Shown piece after piece: positions 49,127 to 59,640 of a DNA stretch of 64,000 bases. A program made the position numbers and the translations under genes. This stretch comes from Candidatus Poribacteria bacterium. GTDB taxonomy: Bacteria; Poribacteria; WGA-4E; WGA-3G. A model generated the notes under the pieces. The model worked only from the letters and a program-made list of their open reading frames with translations, made no database searches and was not told the DNA's origin. Location: NCBI GenBank assembly GCA_965197475.1, contig CBDANF010000002.1:512001-576000 (forward strand), read 5' to 3'. Within the stretch, counting starts at the first letter, position 1, and each line of letters starts with the position of its first letter.

Positions 49127-50785
49127 ATGAGAATAAATAGTATTCAATTAAAATATTTTAAAGGTTTTGAAGATTCTGGTAAAGTCCCAATAGGCAGTGT
49201 AACTAGCATTATTGGCAGAAATGGACATGGCAAGTCAACTCTTTTTGAAGCTATTAGGAACACGTTTAACTATGAGAATATTAATCTAAATTCGGAACAA
49301 AGAAACGGTACTGACAAAAACCCAACGGTTTGTTTAGAGTGTGATATTACATCAAAAGATAGTATTTCAGGGATAACGAGTAATACCACTCTTAAGATTG
49401 AAAGAACAGTAAATGGGATAAAGGGTGCTAATAATGATATAATAAGACAAATATTTAATATGACTAATATTGTAACTCAACCAGAGATAATTCAGATTCC
49501 GTTAACTATTAATTTATCCAAGGGTCAAAACAATGCTGCTATCAATGTCCTTGTAAAGGATAACCCTGGATGGAAAAATATATTTGGGACATTATCCATT
49601 ACACCTGATTATATCAAAAATCAATTGCGTGATGCAAACACAAAAGAACAATTTCATGCAAATACTATAGATGATTTGGTAAGAGATTTTACTGAAAACT
49701 TTAATAAATGGACGATACATATTACAAATCGAACTTATGATTTTAAGATTTTTTTTGGAGAAAACAACGAATCAAAACTTGAATTATACATGCATGTTCG
49801 GCATAAACTTGCAAAGTCACAAGAATGGTCAAATTGGTCAAGATTAGAACAAAAATCAGTAAGTTTCAGAATTTTACTCACATTAACAATCCACAGGTTT
49901 AAAAATGACGGCCATAGTGAAAATCATATTTTTCTTTTTGATGAACCATTTGTTCATATGCATCCAAAAATGCAAGTAGAAGTTAAGAACATAATGAAAG
50001 AATTTAGTGAACACAATCAAATAATTTATACAACACATTCTCCATATTTAAAACAAGAAAATAACAGTCTCTTTTGTGTAGAAAAATCTCCAGACGCTTT
50101 TGTAATAAAAACTGAAGATCAATTGGATCCAGAAGAACAAGCACAGTATATTGATGATTTCAGCATGATTACGCCTTATGATTTACAACGTTATTTTGAC
50201 TTACAACACCAAACATCAGAATCCGATAAAGACCTCTTATGTTATGTTGAAGGGAAAACGGATGTAGAATATATAAACCACGTATTGAATATACATGATA
50301 AAAAGTGTATTTTGAATTCTGTTGATATATTTGATTTGGAAGGAAAGGGGAACTTAGATGCAGTTTTTGCTGGTGAGAAAATGCAAAGAGAAAAAAATAG
50401 TAGAATTGCACCAAATATCTTATTTATTTATGATTGTGATGCAAAAATGAAGAAAAAATCTGACGAAAAAATTGGTCTTTTTGTAGAACAGATTCCATCT
50501 AATAATGGTAAAATTAAGAAAGGTATTGAAAATTTATTATCCAATACTTCAATTGAAAAAGCATACGAAGAGGCAATAATAACACAGTATAATACAGAAA
50601 AGTTTGAAGACGACTCCGGGAATTATCATGAAGAAAAGTCTTACGTAGTCAAAGATAACGAAAAATGTAGTTTACAAAAATGGGTATGCAAACAGCCGGA
50701 AAACGTTGAAGATTTTAGAGCATTTGATGTTATTATATCAATTGTCGAATCTACATTGGAAAAATTAGGTAAGGACGGTTCATAA
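49127..50785 (+). CDS. OLD-like ABC ATPase-TOPRIM nuclease
   Basis: GRNGHGKS, LFDEP..HMHP, TTHSPY, YVEGKTD, YDCD, GIENL. Confidence 0.85.
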   Translation: MRINSIQLKYFKGFEDSGKVPIGSVTSIIGRNGHGKSTLFEAIRNTFNYENINLNSEQRNGTDKNPTVCLECDITSKDSISGITSNTTLKIERTVNGIKGANNDIIRQIFNMTNIVTQPEIIQIPLTINLSKGQNNAAINVLVKDNPGWKNIFGTLSITPDYIKNQLRDANTKEQFHANTIDDLVRDFTENFNKWTIHITNRTYDFKIFFGENNESKLELYMHVRHKLAKSQEWSNWSRLEQKSVSFRILLTLTIHRFKNDGHSENHIFLFDEPFVHMHPKMQVEVKNIMKEFSEHNQIIYTTHSPYLKQENNSLFCVEKSPDAFVIKTEDQLDPEEQAQYIDDFSMITPYDLQRYFDLQHQTSESDKDLLCYVEGKTDVEYINHVLNIHDKKCILNSVDIFDLEGKGNLDAVFAGEKMQREKNSRIAPNILFIYDCDAKMKKKSDEKIGLFVEQIPSNNGKIKKGIENLLSNTSIEKAYEEAIITQYNTEKFEDDSGNYHEEKSYVVKDNEKCSLQKWVCKQPENVEDFRAFDVIISIVESTLEKLGKDGS

Positions 50786-50929
50786 ATAATTGTGACTGCA
50801 AGCAAGACAGTCATGGACTTGAAACTGTTCCTAACTTAAGATGGTCTTTTCTTGCAAAGGTAGGCAAAGAGGCGTTACTCACGAGTATGGACATGTTTTT
50901 GTGCAGGATATGAAGTTGTTAACCGTGGC

Positions 50930-52057
50930 TTGTTAGATAGAGGACTCATGCCTGTTATCTTGGAAGACCCGCAAGCAGCGGGACTCCCAAAACCGGATAT
51001 GCTTGTCCATTCCGAAAATCCATTTAACGGCGAGTTGCCGCCGCACCTCCTCAACGATGATGTTACGCCCACGGCACGACATTTCGTCCGCAATAACGGC
51101 AGTGTTCCAGAACGAGCAATAAAAAAAGAATTAAACGGGTGGAAACTGATAATTGATGGTGAAGTGCATAAAGAACTGGCATTGTCAATGGAGGATTTGC
51201 TTCGTTTTCCGCAGCTCACTATGCAGGTAGTATTGGAATATGCGGGGAATGGTAGAAGCTTATTTTCGCCAGAAGTTGATGGTAATCCGTGGCGACGCGG
51301 TGCCGTTGCCTGTAGTGAATGGACTGGAGTTCGCTTACGCGATGTCCTGCAAGCAGCGGGTTTAAAACCGAGTGCTGTCTATACTGGAAACTATGGTGAA
51401 GACCTTCCCGCTGATGGCAGTGAGCAATTTTCGCGAGGCATTCCAATTGAGAAAGCGATGGATGAACACACACTCATTGCACTTAAGATGAATGGAGATG
51501 CTTTACCCGCAGCACACGGATTCCCCGCAAGATTAATTGTCCCAGGATGGATCGGTAGTTCCATGCAAAAGTGGCTCAACCGTATCTGGGTGAGGGGTAA
51601 GGTTCACGACTCAGAAAAAATGAGTGGATACTCCTATCGCATTCCTGCGTATCCTGTGGAACCGGGAGATAAACCGGCAGTAGAAGATATGCAAATTGCG
51701 ACTTCATTGCGGGTTAAGTCGCTCATTACGCAGCCAGAACCACTTCAGAAATTCAGCAAAGGAATTCCTATAAAGGTCCGGGGGCATGCATGGGCAGGTG
51801 AAAACTATATCAATAGCGTCCTTGTTTCAACAGATTTCGGTATTCAATGGCAAGAAACCATGTTGTTCCTATCATCAAATAGATATGCTTGGTCCCATTG
51901 GGAAACCGAACTGACCTTTGCGAACAGAGGCTATTATGAAATCTGGGCACGTGCTTTTGACGATACAGGCAAAGCACAACCTTTTAGCCAACCGTGGAAC
52001 CCCAAGGGTTACCTCGGAAATGTCATTCACAGAGTGCCTGTTTCAATAACCGCATAA
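50930..52057 (+). pseudogene. Sulfite oxidase-family molybdoenzyme, probably inactivated
   Basis: HFVRNNG, HGFPARL.VPGW, WARAFD; the Mo-ligand Cys in ECAGNGR appears as Tyr; broken 5' leader. Confidence 0.7.
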
Positions 52058-52074
52058 ATAGAAAGGATTTAGCA

Positions 52075-52557
52075 ATGAAACTTGGTGTTATGTCCGACAG
52101 CCACGACAACATTCCGAATGTTAAACGCGCTGTCGCACTTTTCAACGAAATTGGTGTGGATCTCGTCGTCCACGCAGGCGATTTTATCGCACCGTTTGCA
52201 ATTGACCCATTAGCCGATTTAAACTGTCGCGTCGTCGGTGTTTTTGGAAACAATGATGGCGAACGTGTTGTCCTTGCGAAAAAGTTTGAAGCCATCGGTG
52301 AGGTGCATCCGAACCTTGCCAGTACATCACTTGGTGACAAAACCATCGCTGTAATGCACTATCCTGAACTCGCTATCCCTATTGCCAATAGTGGCGATTA
52401 CGATATTGTCGTCTATGGACACACGCACAAGATAGACATTCGCAAGGAAAAATCTCTATTGCTTAATCCTGGTGAAACAGGCGGTTGGACGACGGGCAAA
52501 GCTACGGTTGCTGTTGTAGATATAGAAACACTTGAGGCAACAATTCATGAACTCTGA
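52075..52557 (+). CDS. YfcE/MJ0936-type metallophosphoesterase
   Basis: SDSHDN, HAGD, GNND, GHTH, NPGE. Confidence 0.92.
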   Translation: MKLGVMSDSHDNIPNVKRAVALFNEIGVDLVVHAGDFIAPFAIDPLADLNCRVVGVFGNNDGERVVLAKKFEAIGEVHPNLASTSLGDKTIAVMHYPELAIPIANSGDYDIVVYGHTHKIDIRKEKSLLLNPGETGGWTTGKATVAVVDIETLEATIHEL

Positions 52558-52614
52558 ACGAGTTGTCGGATAACAACATCCGGAAAACGGAAACCTGCTT
52601 CGGATCAGGATATA

Positions 52615-53423
52615 ATGCCATATTAACGTAATTATTCTTGTATATATTTTTAGATATGTTATTGTGAACACATGAAAAACACTAAGCAACGGGTTTTCCC
52701 TCATTTTACGACAGAAGTTCTTAAACAAAGGTATCTTGAATGTCAATGTCCTCGGGAACGGACGCACGGCATATCATTTGGCTTCTTGCTGACACGGCAC
52801 ATCTTAGAACACCCCGTGAAGTCGCTGATATTGTGGTTGCACTGTGGACTGGGTTCGCAAACTACTCAAACGCTATAACGCTGTGGGTGAAGAGGCACTA
52901 CGAGACAAACGCAAAAACAATGGAAGGCATCGTTTTCTGGATGAAACACAGCAAGCAGCACTTGAGGCTGTACTTTCTGAGCGACCTACTGATGGCGGAC
53001 TTTGGACAGGTCCCAAAGTTGCTGCTTGGATATCAGAGAGACTTCAGCGTCCTGTGAGTGCTGTGTGATGAACCTTGCGTTAGCAGAGTTTACTTGGGAT
53101 GTTAATCCGGAAGTGAAGAAACAAATAGTGCTATTGTTGGATTGTGCGGGTTTTCACATGGGTACGGATTTGGAAGTGCCTGAGAGGATTGAGTTATTTT
53201 ATTTACCGCCGTATACGCCGGAGCTACAGCCTGCGGAATGACTATGGCCTTTGTTACGGGAAGTGGTTGCGAATAAAGTTTTTAGAACGCTGACAGCACT
53301 TGAAGAAGTGATTGTGAATCGGTGTCAAGGGTTCTCCGAAAACCAAAAGATTGTGCAGCCACATGTCGGTTTTCAGTGGATTTGCGAAATGGAAAAACAA
53401 TACCAATCACGTTAATTTGGTAT
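52615..53423 (+). mobile_element. Degenerate IS630 remnant (frameshifts, internal deletion)
   Basis: Ends ATGCCATATTAACGT / ACGTTAATTTGGTAT; fragments GLWTGPKVA, LDCAGFH, LPPYTPELQPAE. Confidence 0.85.
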
Positions 53424-53468
53424 CAAACGTAATGTCCCAAACATGACCGATTTGCAGCAGAAGAGAAT

Positions 53469-54770
53469 TTATTCAGTACGCAACGCCTCAATAGGCGAAA
53501 GTGCAGACGCTTTTATTGCCGGATACAACCCAAAAGAGATACCAATTAACGCTGAAAACGATATCGAAACCAAGACCCACTGCGTTGAAATGACTGAGGG
53601 CCATTCTGGAACAATTTTGGCAATTTTTACAGCGAGAAGTGCCATACCTTGTCCAGCGAAGACACCCAAACCTATGCCTATCAATCCTCCCAAACCACAC
53701 ATCACAACAGCCTCCATTAAAAATTGAATTAGGATGTCAAAACGTGTTGCACCGAGAGCCTTCCGAAGCTCTATCTCGCGCGTCCGCTCAGTGACAGCGA
53801 CAAGCATCATATTCATTATCCCGATGCCACCAACAAGTAACGAGAAACCTGCAATACTCCCCAACGCAATCTTAATTACCTTGCTGATTTTTTCCAGCTG
53901 TGCCATGCCTTGACGCATATCAAAAATTCCGATGAAGTCATCCTGGTTTTTGTGTCGCTTGCGTATGACGGCTTTTACCTCTTCGATCGCCTTCGGGACA
54001 TCCTCAACGGTATTTGCATAAACAACAATATCTTGAATCTTATCATCCCCAGTGAATCGTTCTTGTGTTGTGGATAGCGGCATAAAGACAAGGCTATCGT
54101 AACTCCACCCAAATCGAAGGCTTCTCCCTCTTGGCACGAGTGTGCCAACAACCGTAAAACGTTCGGTTGATCGTTTGCTATCCCTACGTCCGTATCGGTC
54201 ATAACGTCCATCACCTTTTGCGATTTTTATCTCTTGTCCAATAGGAGATTTATCACCGAACAGTGTAGTCGCTACCTCATCACCAAGTACGCAGACCCTC
54301 GCTGCATTTTCTACATCCTCATCTGAAATAAAACGTCCCTCTTGTAGATCCCAATCCATCGCTGTTCGATAAGTAGCATCCACGCCATTATACCCGGATC
54401 GAGATTGTACACCGCCTGCAGCTTCAATTAAAGCCCCTCTCCATTCCGGAATTCTTGGTGTGACAGCTATCACTGACGGACATTCCGCCTCAATTGCCAA
54501 CACATCTTCGTATTTCATGTACTCATTGCTACGGATTCTCACCCATTGCGATCCTACACGTTTATACCTATTGCGGTAGATTGTAAATTGGTTTGCCCCG
54601 CCAAGTTTTTGAGCGTCGCGCAGCACGATTTCTTTTGCGCCATCACCGATAGATACCATTGCTAATACAGAAGCAACACCGATGATAATCCCAAGCATTG
54701 TCAACAACGAGCGCATCTTGTTTGAACGAATAGCGGTGATCCCAATTGATAACCCTTCAATAAAACTCAT
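53469..54770 (-). CDS. MacB/FtsX-family ABC transporter permease
   Basis: RSLLTMLGIIIGV, VGGIGIMNMML.VTERTREI, PIEALR. Confidence 0.93.
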   Translation of the reverse strand: MSFIEGLSIGITAIRSNKMRSLLTMLGIIIGVASVLAMVSIGDGAKEIVLRDAQKLGGANQFTIYRNRYKRVGSQWVRIRSNEYMKYEDVLAIEAECPSVIAVTPRIPEWRGALIEAAGGVQSRSGYNGVDATYRTAMDWDLQEGRFISDEDVENAARVCVLGDEVATTLFGDKSPIGQEIKIAKGDGRYDRYGRRDSKRSTERFTVVGTLVPRGRSLRFGWSYDSLVFMPLSTTQERFTGDDKIQDIVVYANTVEDVPKAIEEVKAVIRKRHKNQDDFIGIFDMRQGMAQLEKISKVIKIALGSIAGFSLLVGGIGIMNMMLVAVTERTREIELRKALGATRFDILIQFLMEAVVMCGLGGLIGIGLGVFAGQGMALLAVKIAKIVPEWPSVISTQWVLVSISFSALIGISFGLYPAIKASALSPIEALRTE

Positions 54771-54900
54771 ATAATCTTCTCAACTTTCGCATATCATTAC
54801 ACAAAAAATACGTGTTAAACGTCATTGAGAAGAATAAGTTTAATTTATTGTAAAATCCGAGAATATCTGAAAAGGCGCGCATGTGCATGCAAAAGAGAAT

Positions 54901-54928
54901 AGGCAGGTAACCAAAAGATTACCTGCCT
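54901..54928 (-). terminator. Intrinsic terminator after 54957-55787
   Basis: AGGCAGGTAA / TTACCTGCCT stem with a T-rich tail on the minus strand. Confidence 0.6.
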
Positions 54929-54956
54929 GTTTGAATAGATAGAAAGTTGCAGTAGA

Positions 54957-55787
54957 TTACTCTGAGTCTGACACAGTCACAGTCACGGTATAACTTTCTT
55001 CATACTCAGACATATCCGACCATCGGTAAATGACCGCTGTTATCAGAAAATCTCCGGTATGCATGGCTCCGCTTGGGAACGTGTAAGAGAGGCTCGCTGT
55101 CGTTGTCGTGCCGTCACCGGAGACACCTTCTATATATGTTCCACGTTCACTCGTTTCCCAGGGTGCCTTCACGTACCAATCAATGTAATAATATGGCTCC
55201 TCCGTGATAAGCTGAACTTCGTGCATGTCACCTGGAGAAGTCTCCTGATCTTGATTGTTTGCAAATATACCCGGGTTCTGGTCGCTTCCATCTTGGGAAT
55301 TGAGTCGATGATAATATCTCCACTGGCGATCAATGGGAGATTCCGGTGTGGGTGGAGGCGGCGGTGGTGGTTGACACGTGCTGCAGCCGGAACCGTCGCA
55401 GTTTGGGCAGTTATCGTCATCTGGTGGATTGCATGTGTCGCAACCTGAACCATCACAGTCATAACAATCGTCATCATTTGCACCCCACATTGAGAATCCA
55501 AGTGCTCCAGCAGCACATACTGTGCCGCTTATTGTGAGTCCAAGAACCCATCCAGGGGGGCCGCTAAAATAACAGACAATTGCGGCAGCTCCGCCGAAAC
55601 CTATACCGGCGGCGCCGCAGCACCATGAGGCAACGTCTTGCCATTCTATATCTGCAGAGCTGTTTTGTTCAAGGATAGGTATCACACATATACTTAACAC
55701 AATTAATATCAATGAGATTGAATTAATGATGGGAGCGTATTTTTTTATGTTTAACGTTTCCCAGTTCCAGTTTGAAGTTATAACCAC
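54957..55787 (-). CDS. Secreted protein: Gly/Ala/Cys-rich hydrophobic segment, CxxCDGSGCxxC repeats, poly-Pro, Ig-like C-terminus
   Basis: Direct translation; GGAGG RBS. Confidence 0.75.
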   Translation of the reverse strand: MVITSNWNWETLNIKKYAPIINSISLILIVLSICVIPILEQNSSADIEWQDVASWCCGAAGIGFGGAAAIVCYFSGPPGWVLGLTISGTVCAAGALGFSMWGANDDDCYDCDGSGCDTCNPPDDDNCPNCDGSGCSTCQPPPPPPPTPESPIDRQWRYYHRLNSQDGSDQNPGIFANNQDQETSPGDMHEVQLITEEPYYYIDWYVKAPWETSERGTYIEGVSGDGTTTTASLSYTFPSGAMHTGDFLITAVIYRWSDMSEYEESYTVTVTVSDSE

Positions 55788-55801
55788 AATATTAACCTCC
55801 G

Positions 55802-56492
55802 TTATCTGATTCGTGCGCGCATGGCTGCGAGCATTTTAGCTGTAGGTTCTGGTAGAATTCCTTGATTATGTTGTCTGTGGTGTTCTTCTATATGATCGAT
55901 CATAGTTTCTGCGGTTTCGCGAGGGTATCTTGATATTGCCACTTCATAATAATCAAGTAATTCGTTTATCATCGCTTTTGAGTGCTGCCGTAGCATTGTA
56001 ATCCCTTCCCGGGTTTTGGCAGCTTCGTTAAGTTTTTGGGAGTTAAATAGTATAGAATACTTACTCATAATGTTAATCAAGTCACTGTTCCATTCTTGTA
56101 GAAGAACTTCAGCTTCTTCTTCTGTTATACCGTATTTTCTGATTGATTCATTATCAGTTGTTGGTTCTTCTATAAAGGAATTTGTGGTTATATCTACTTG
56201 AGAAATTATCTCAGCGTTAGGCGTAACTTTTGTGAATTTCTCGGTATTTTCTGGTCGCGCGGTTTTATGCCAATACCCCGTCTCGTGAGTTTCACTAAAA
56301 ACGCCGTAGACGGCGTTTTTAGTGAAATAGCTGCCTGTTCCATCTTATTTTGGCGCGCTATTTTAGTGGATTCATCTGCTGCTTGTTTGTAAAGTGCTGT
56401 ATCATATCTATACCACAATACACACCCTACGCCGATTATTATTAGGAGGACTATACCTCCTAATATCCATTGGTAAAGATGCCTTGAGTCAT
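55802..56492 (-). pseudogene. Membrane-anchored hypothetical protein broken by about 2 frameshifts
   Basis: GAGGTG RBS with ATG 56492; TM segment WILGGIVLLIIIGVGCVLWY in a different frame; later joins ORF 55802-56080. Confidence 0.6.
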
Positions 56493-56780
56493 TTTACACC
56501 TCTTGTCATGGTTTGATAAACCTACACGTGGCGTATCAATTACTTCTGGGTGCCCTGTTCCTGGGTGGTCCTTCCACCTATTTAAAAAGACAAGGGCACC
56601 CTGGCATCTAAACCAATGTTCCAAAATATAATTTTAGAAAGGGTACCCATATTATGAACATTGTTTTAGACGTAATTGGTATTATTACACGAAATAAAGC
56701 AGAATGCAAATTTTTTTCAAAAAAGTGCATTTTTGCTTTTCTGGTTTTAAATCTTCATATAAAAATGGGATTGGTGGGAA

Positions 56781-56807
56781 TAAAAAAGGCGGATATGGGA
56801 ATCCGCC
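56781..56807 (-). terminator. Intrinsic terminator after the prenyltransferase-repeat gene
   Basis: GGCGGATTCCCATATCCGCC followed by TTTTTT. Confidence 0.7.
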
Positions 56808-56827
56808 TTACGAAGAAAAGTCGATTC

Positions 56828-57961
56828 TTATTTTTGCTTCGGATATGCAGTATCAAGTGAGAGAATTGCGTAACTGGTTGCCAACACGGGGAGTGCTTCC
56901 ATCCAGCGGCTGTTCTCATTCACCCAGAATCCTTCAGGTTTCTGAACCTCAATTAATTTTTCAGCTAACTCTTGGTACCAATTGTGTGAGACACCTTTTG
57001 CATCAATAAGGGTTTCTTTTCCGTATAGACGCAATGCTTTTGCCATAGTGTGGTAGTTGTAGTAGAGTCCTTGGCCACCCACGCCATAATTCTCTTCCAA
57101 CGTGAAATGCTTCTCTATCCACTTAACAGCGGCTTGAACACGATCGTCATCTTTTTTAACATTTGCGTAGATAAAACTCAACAATCCTGCATACGTCATG
57201 CTAGCATAGGATCGCGGGCTGCCCGCTTCGTCTATGCCTGCTTTGCTTTCACCGTCAGGGGAATAGATAAATCCGCCATCGTTTCCTGCCCATGGCTGAT
57301 CGTTGCTCTCACTACGGTTCTGGGTACGTTCAAGGAATTTAATCGCTTTGTTCCAGACTTCATCATCATCTGAACCGCTCTCTTTTAATGCTTGGATAGC
57401 AAAGTTCAGGTTGGATAGATCATGCACGGTCTCACGACTACCGTAACCGATTCCGCCGTAATAGACGCTTTCTTCATCTTGAATTTGCAGGCTCTTCAGG
57501 AAACCTTGTGCTTTTTTAATAACATCGGTATACTTCGGGTTTCCTGTTGAGATAAGTGCCATTACTGCTATAGAGGTATTATAATTGGGCAGAGCCGGTT
57601 GCTTTTCCACATCATAAATAGCACCGTTCTGCTGCTGCATTTCAACTAATCGCTGAATTGCCTTCTTGATAAAAGGATGTTTTTCTTCAGAGTATTTTTG
57701 CTGTGGATGACGTAAAAACGCTGTGATTGCAAGTGCTGTTATACCAGGATGTCCCACTCCAGGACTGATCTCAAAGAGCCCATCTTCTCCTTGTTGTCCC
57801 TTCAACCATTCTAATCCTTTGTCAATACTGGCAACAACGCGTTTGTTAATTTCTTCATATTTAGATGCATTTTTCACGGAGTGCGAGTCTGCGCCGATGT
57901 TCACGCTGGTAATGACCATAATCAACATCAACACTAACCCGATAATGTTTTTCATTTTCAT
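56828..57961 (-). CDS. Secreted prenyltransferase/squalene oxidase repeat protein
   Basis: Signal peptide; QW-like repeats (WL.GQQ..DG, QQQNG, Q.PEGFW), DGGFIYSP, YASMTYAGL. Confidence 0.85.
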   Translation of the reverse strand: MKMKNIIGLVLMLIMVITSVNIGADSHSVKNASKYEEINKRVVASIDKGLEWLKGQQGEDGLFEISPGVGHPGITALAITAFLRHPQQKYSEEKHPFIKKAIQRLVEMQQQNGAIYDVEKQPALPNYNTSIAVMALISTGNPKYTDVIKKAQGFLKSLQIQDEESVYYGGIGYGSRETVHDLSNLNFAIQALKESGSDDDEVWNKAIKFLERTQNRSESNDQPWAGNDGGFIYSPDGESKAGIDEAGSPRSYASMTYAGLLSFIYANVKKDDDRVQAAVKWIEKHFTLEENYGVGGQGLYYNYHTMAKALRLYGKETLIDAKGVSHNWYQELAEKLIEVQKPEGFWVNENSRWMEALPVLATSYAILSLDTAYPKQK

Positions 57962-58145
57962 TTGTCGATCCTCTTTAAATTTGTTAATATTAATAATTAT
58001 ATTCGTGCAAATATTGTGCCAATTCAATTTCGTTGCGCGAGTGTGATATTACTGGGTTCTATACATCCGATAGTTGGTAATTTGGTCACAATTTGAACAG
58101 TACTGACCAGAATCTGGTCAATTTGTTGGTTAAATCATTATCTAC

Positions 58146-59142
58146 GAAGTCATATTGAGTAAAACATAAAGATGTGGTAAAATAGGGAAAGAAAAGGGGA
58201 ACTTTACGTCCCTTTCTACCTCATATATCCATTTACATTATGAAAGATGTTATTATGACAGACAAGACTCAAAAGCCCCCAAAATACAAATGTATTCCGA
58301 AGCAGGTTTCCCGTAAGGATTTCAATCATTATATCTTACCACATTTAGCGAAACGAGTCAAAGGCCCAAAGCCGAAACTTTCCTTCTATAAGATATTCAA
58401 CTATATCCTCTATGTTTTACATACGGGTATTCAATGGGATCAACTCCGAACCCGGTGCCTGAACTCCATTGGTCTAATATCTATAAATGGCATAATCGGT
58501 GGTCAAAAGATGGCTCGTATCAGAAACTTTTTGAGGCATCAGTGATACACCTGCTTGACACCGACCAACTTGACACCTCTCAACTTCATGGAGATGGGTC
58601 AAATACCGTCGTGAAAAAAGGGGTGACAACATCGGTTATTCAGGCCACAAACATCAAAAAGGTGAAAAAGAGTTGACCATCACTGACAATCAGGGGTTCA
58701 TCATCAGCCCGATAACCATCAAACCTGTCAACCAACATGGGACAAAGATTTTGCCCGAAACATTCACCGATCTTATCGCCTTTGCTAATCGTATTGGAAT
58801 GGACCTCAATGCTTCCGCTCTAACACTGGACTCCGGTTTTGATTCCAAAAAGAATCATAAGATTATCAAACAACACGGGCTGCTCCCAGTGATATATCCG
58901 AACCGGCGGAATGCCAAAGAACCTATTGTAATTGCCCGTCCGTTCCGGTGGTTTAACAAAGAAATGGACAAAGACCGATATAAAGTGGAGCGAACCTTGG
59001 GTTGGCAAGGGACTTATCGGAAACTCGCCCTTAGTTATGATAAACTGAAAGAAACACGCTTAGGTTTTCGTAATTTAGCATATTCAATGATAAACTTTCG
59101 GAGAACTTTCAACGATGCTTAGCTCTTACTCGCTATGAGTTC
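58146..59142 (+). mobile_element. IS5-family element with transposase split over 58240-59122
   Basis: 17-bp imperfect TIRs; LHTGIQW, HGDGS, LDSGFD, RYKVER; 1-bp deletion near 58456 and an AAAAAAGGGG junction. Confidence 0.88.
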
Positions 59143-59237
59143 AAGTTCAAAATGGTGGGTGTGTAAATATATTGTTACCTGAATCACAGATTATGCGGAT
59201 TTTGAGGTCTGCTGTGTGTTAAGCAAATTGGTCGGAT

Positions 59238-59264
59238 TGTTGGGTTTCGCTCTACCCAACCTAC
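59238..59264 (-). repeat. GTAG-REP
   Basis: GTAGGTTGGGTAGAGCGAAACCCAACA; relatives near 9300, 16610 and 18403. Confidence 0.7.
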
Positions 59265-59305
59265 AGTCCTATTGATAAAACTATACATACCCACAAAATA
59301 TATTT

Positions 59306-59399
59306 TATACCAAATTAACGGGATTAGTCTTATTTTTCTGGGCAGACTGCGCGCTTACAAAGCGCGCCTACCGAGTGGGATCAAGTTAATTTGGTATTA
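59306..59399. mobile_element. IS630-derived MITE carrying a REP
   Basis: ATACCAAATTAAC...GTTAATTTGGTAT ends (as at 53409-53423) around GCGCGCTTACAAAGCGCGCCTAC. Confidence 0.75.
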
Positions 59400-59640
59400 T
59401 ATGACATTTTTCCGCGGAATTACGACCATAGTCCGGTTCAAATGTTGCCCAATGTGAACCGCTTTGCTACATTTCACCCGGGTATGTCTTGACCGCTATC
59501 GCTCCGATTTAAAAAGAGAAGGACAAGCGAAGTGGCCTGTCCCTAATTTGCAGGAAAGAACTCTTAAGGTAATTAGATATTCCATCTTCCGCAATAGTTT
59601 GACAAGTTATGGAATCCACAGTCAAAGAAAATGCGAAAGA

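Noticed and set aside
49127-50785. Gabija or retron system
   Set aside because: No UvrD-like GajB, RT or msr-msd adjacent
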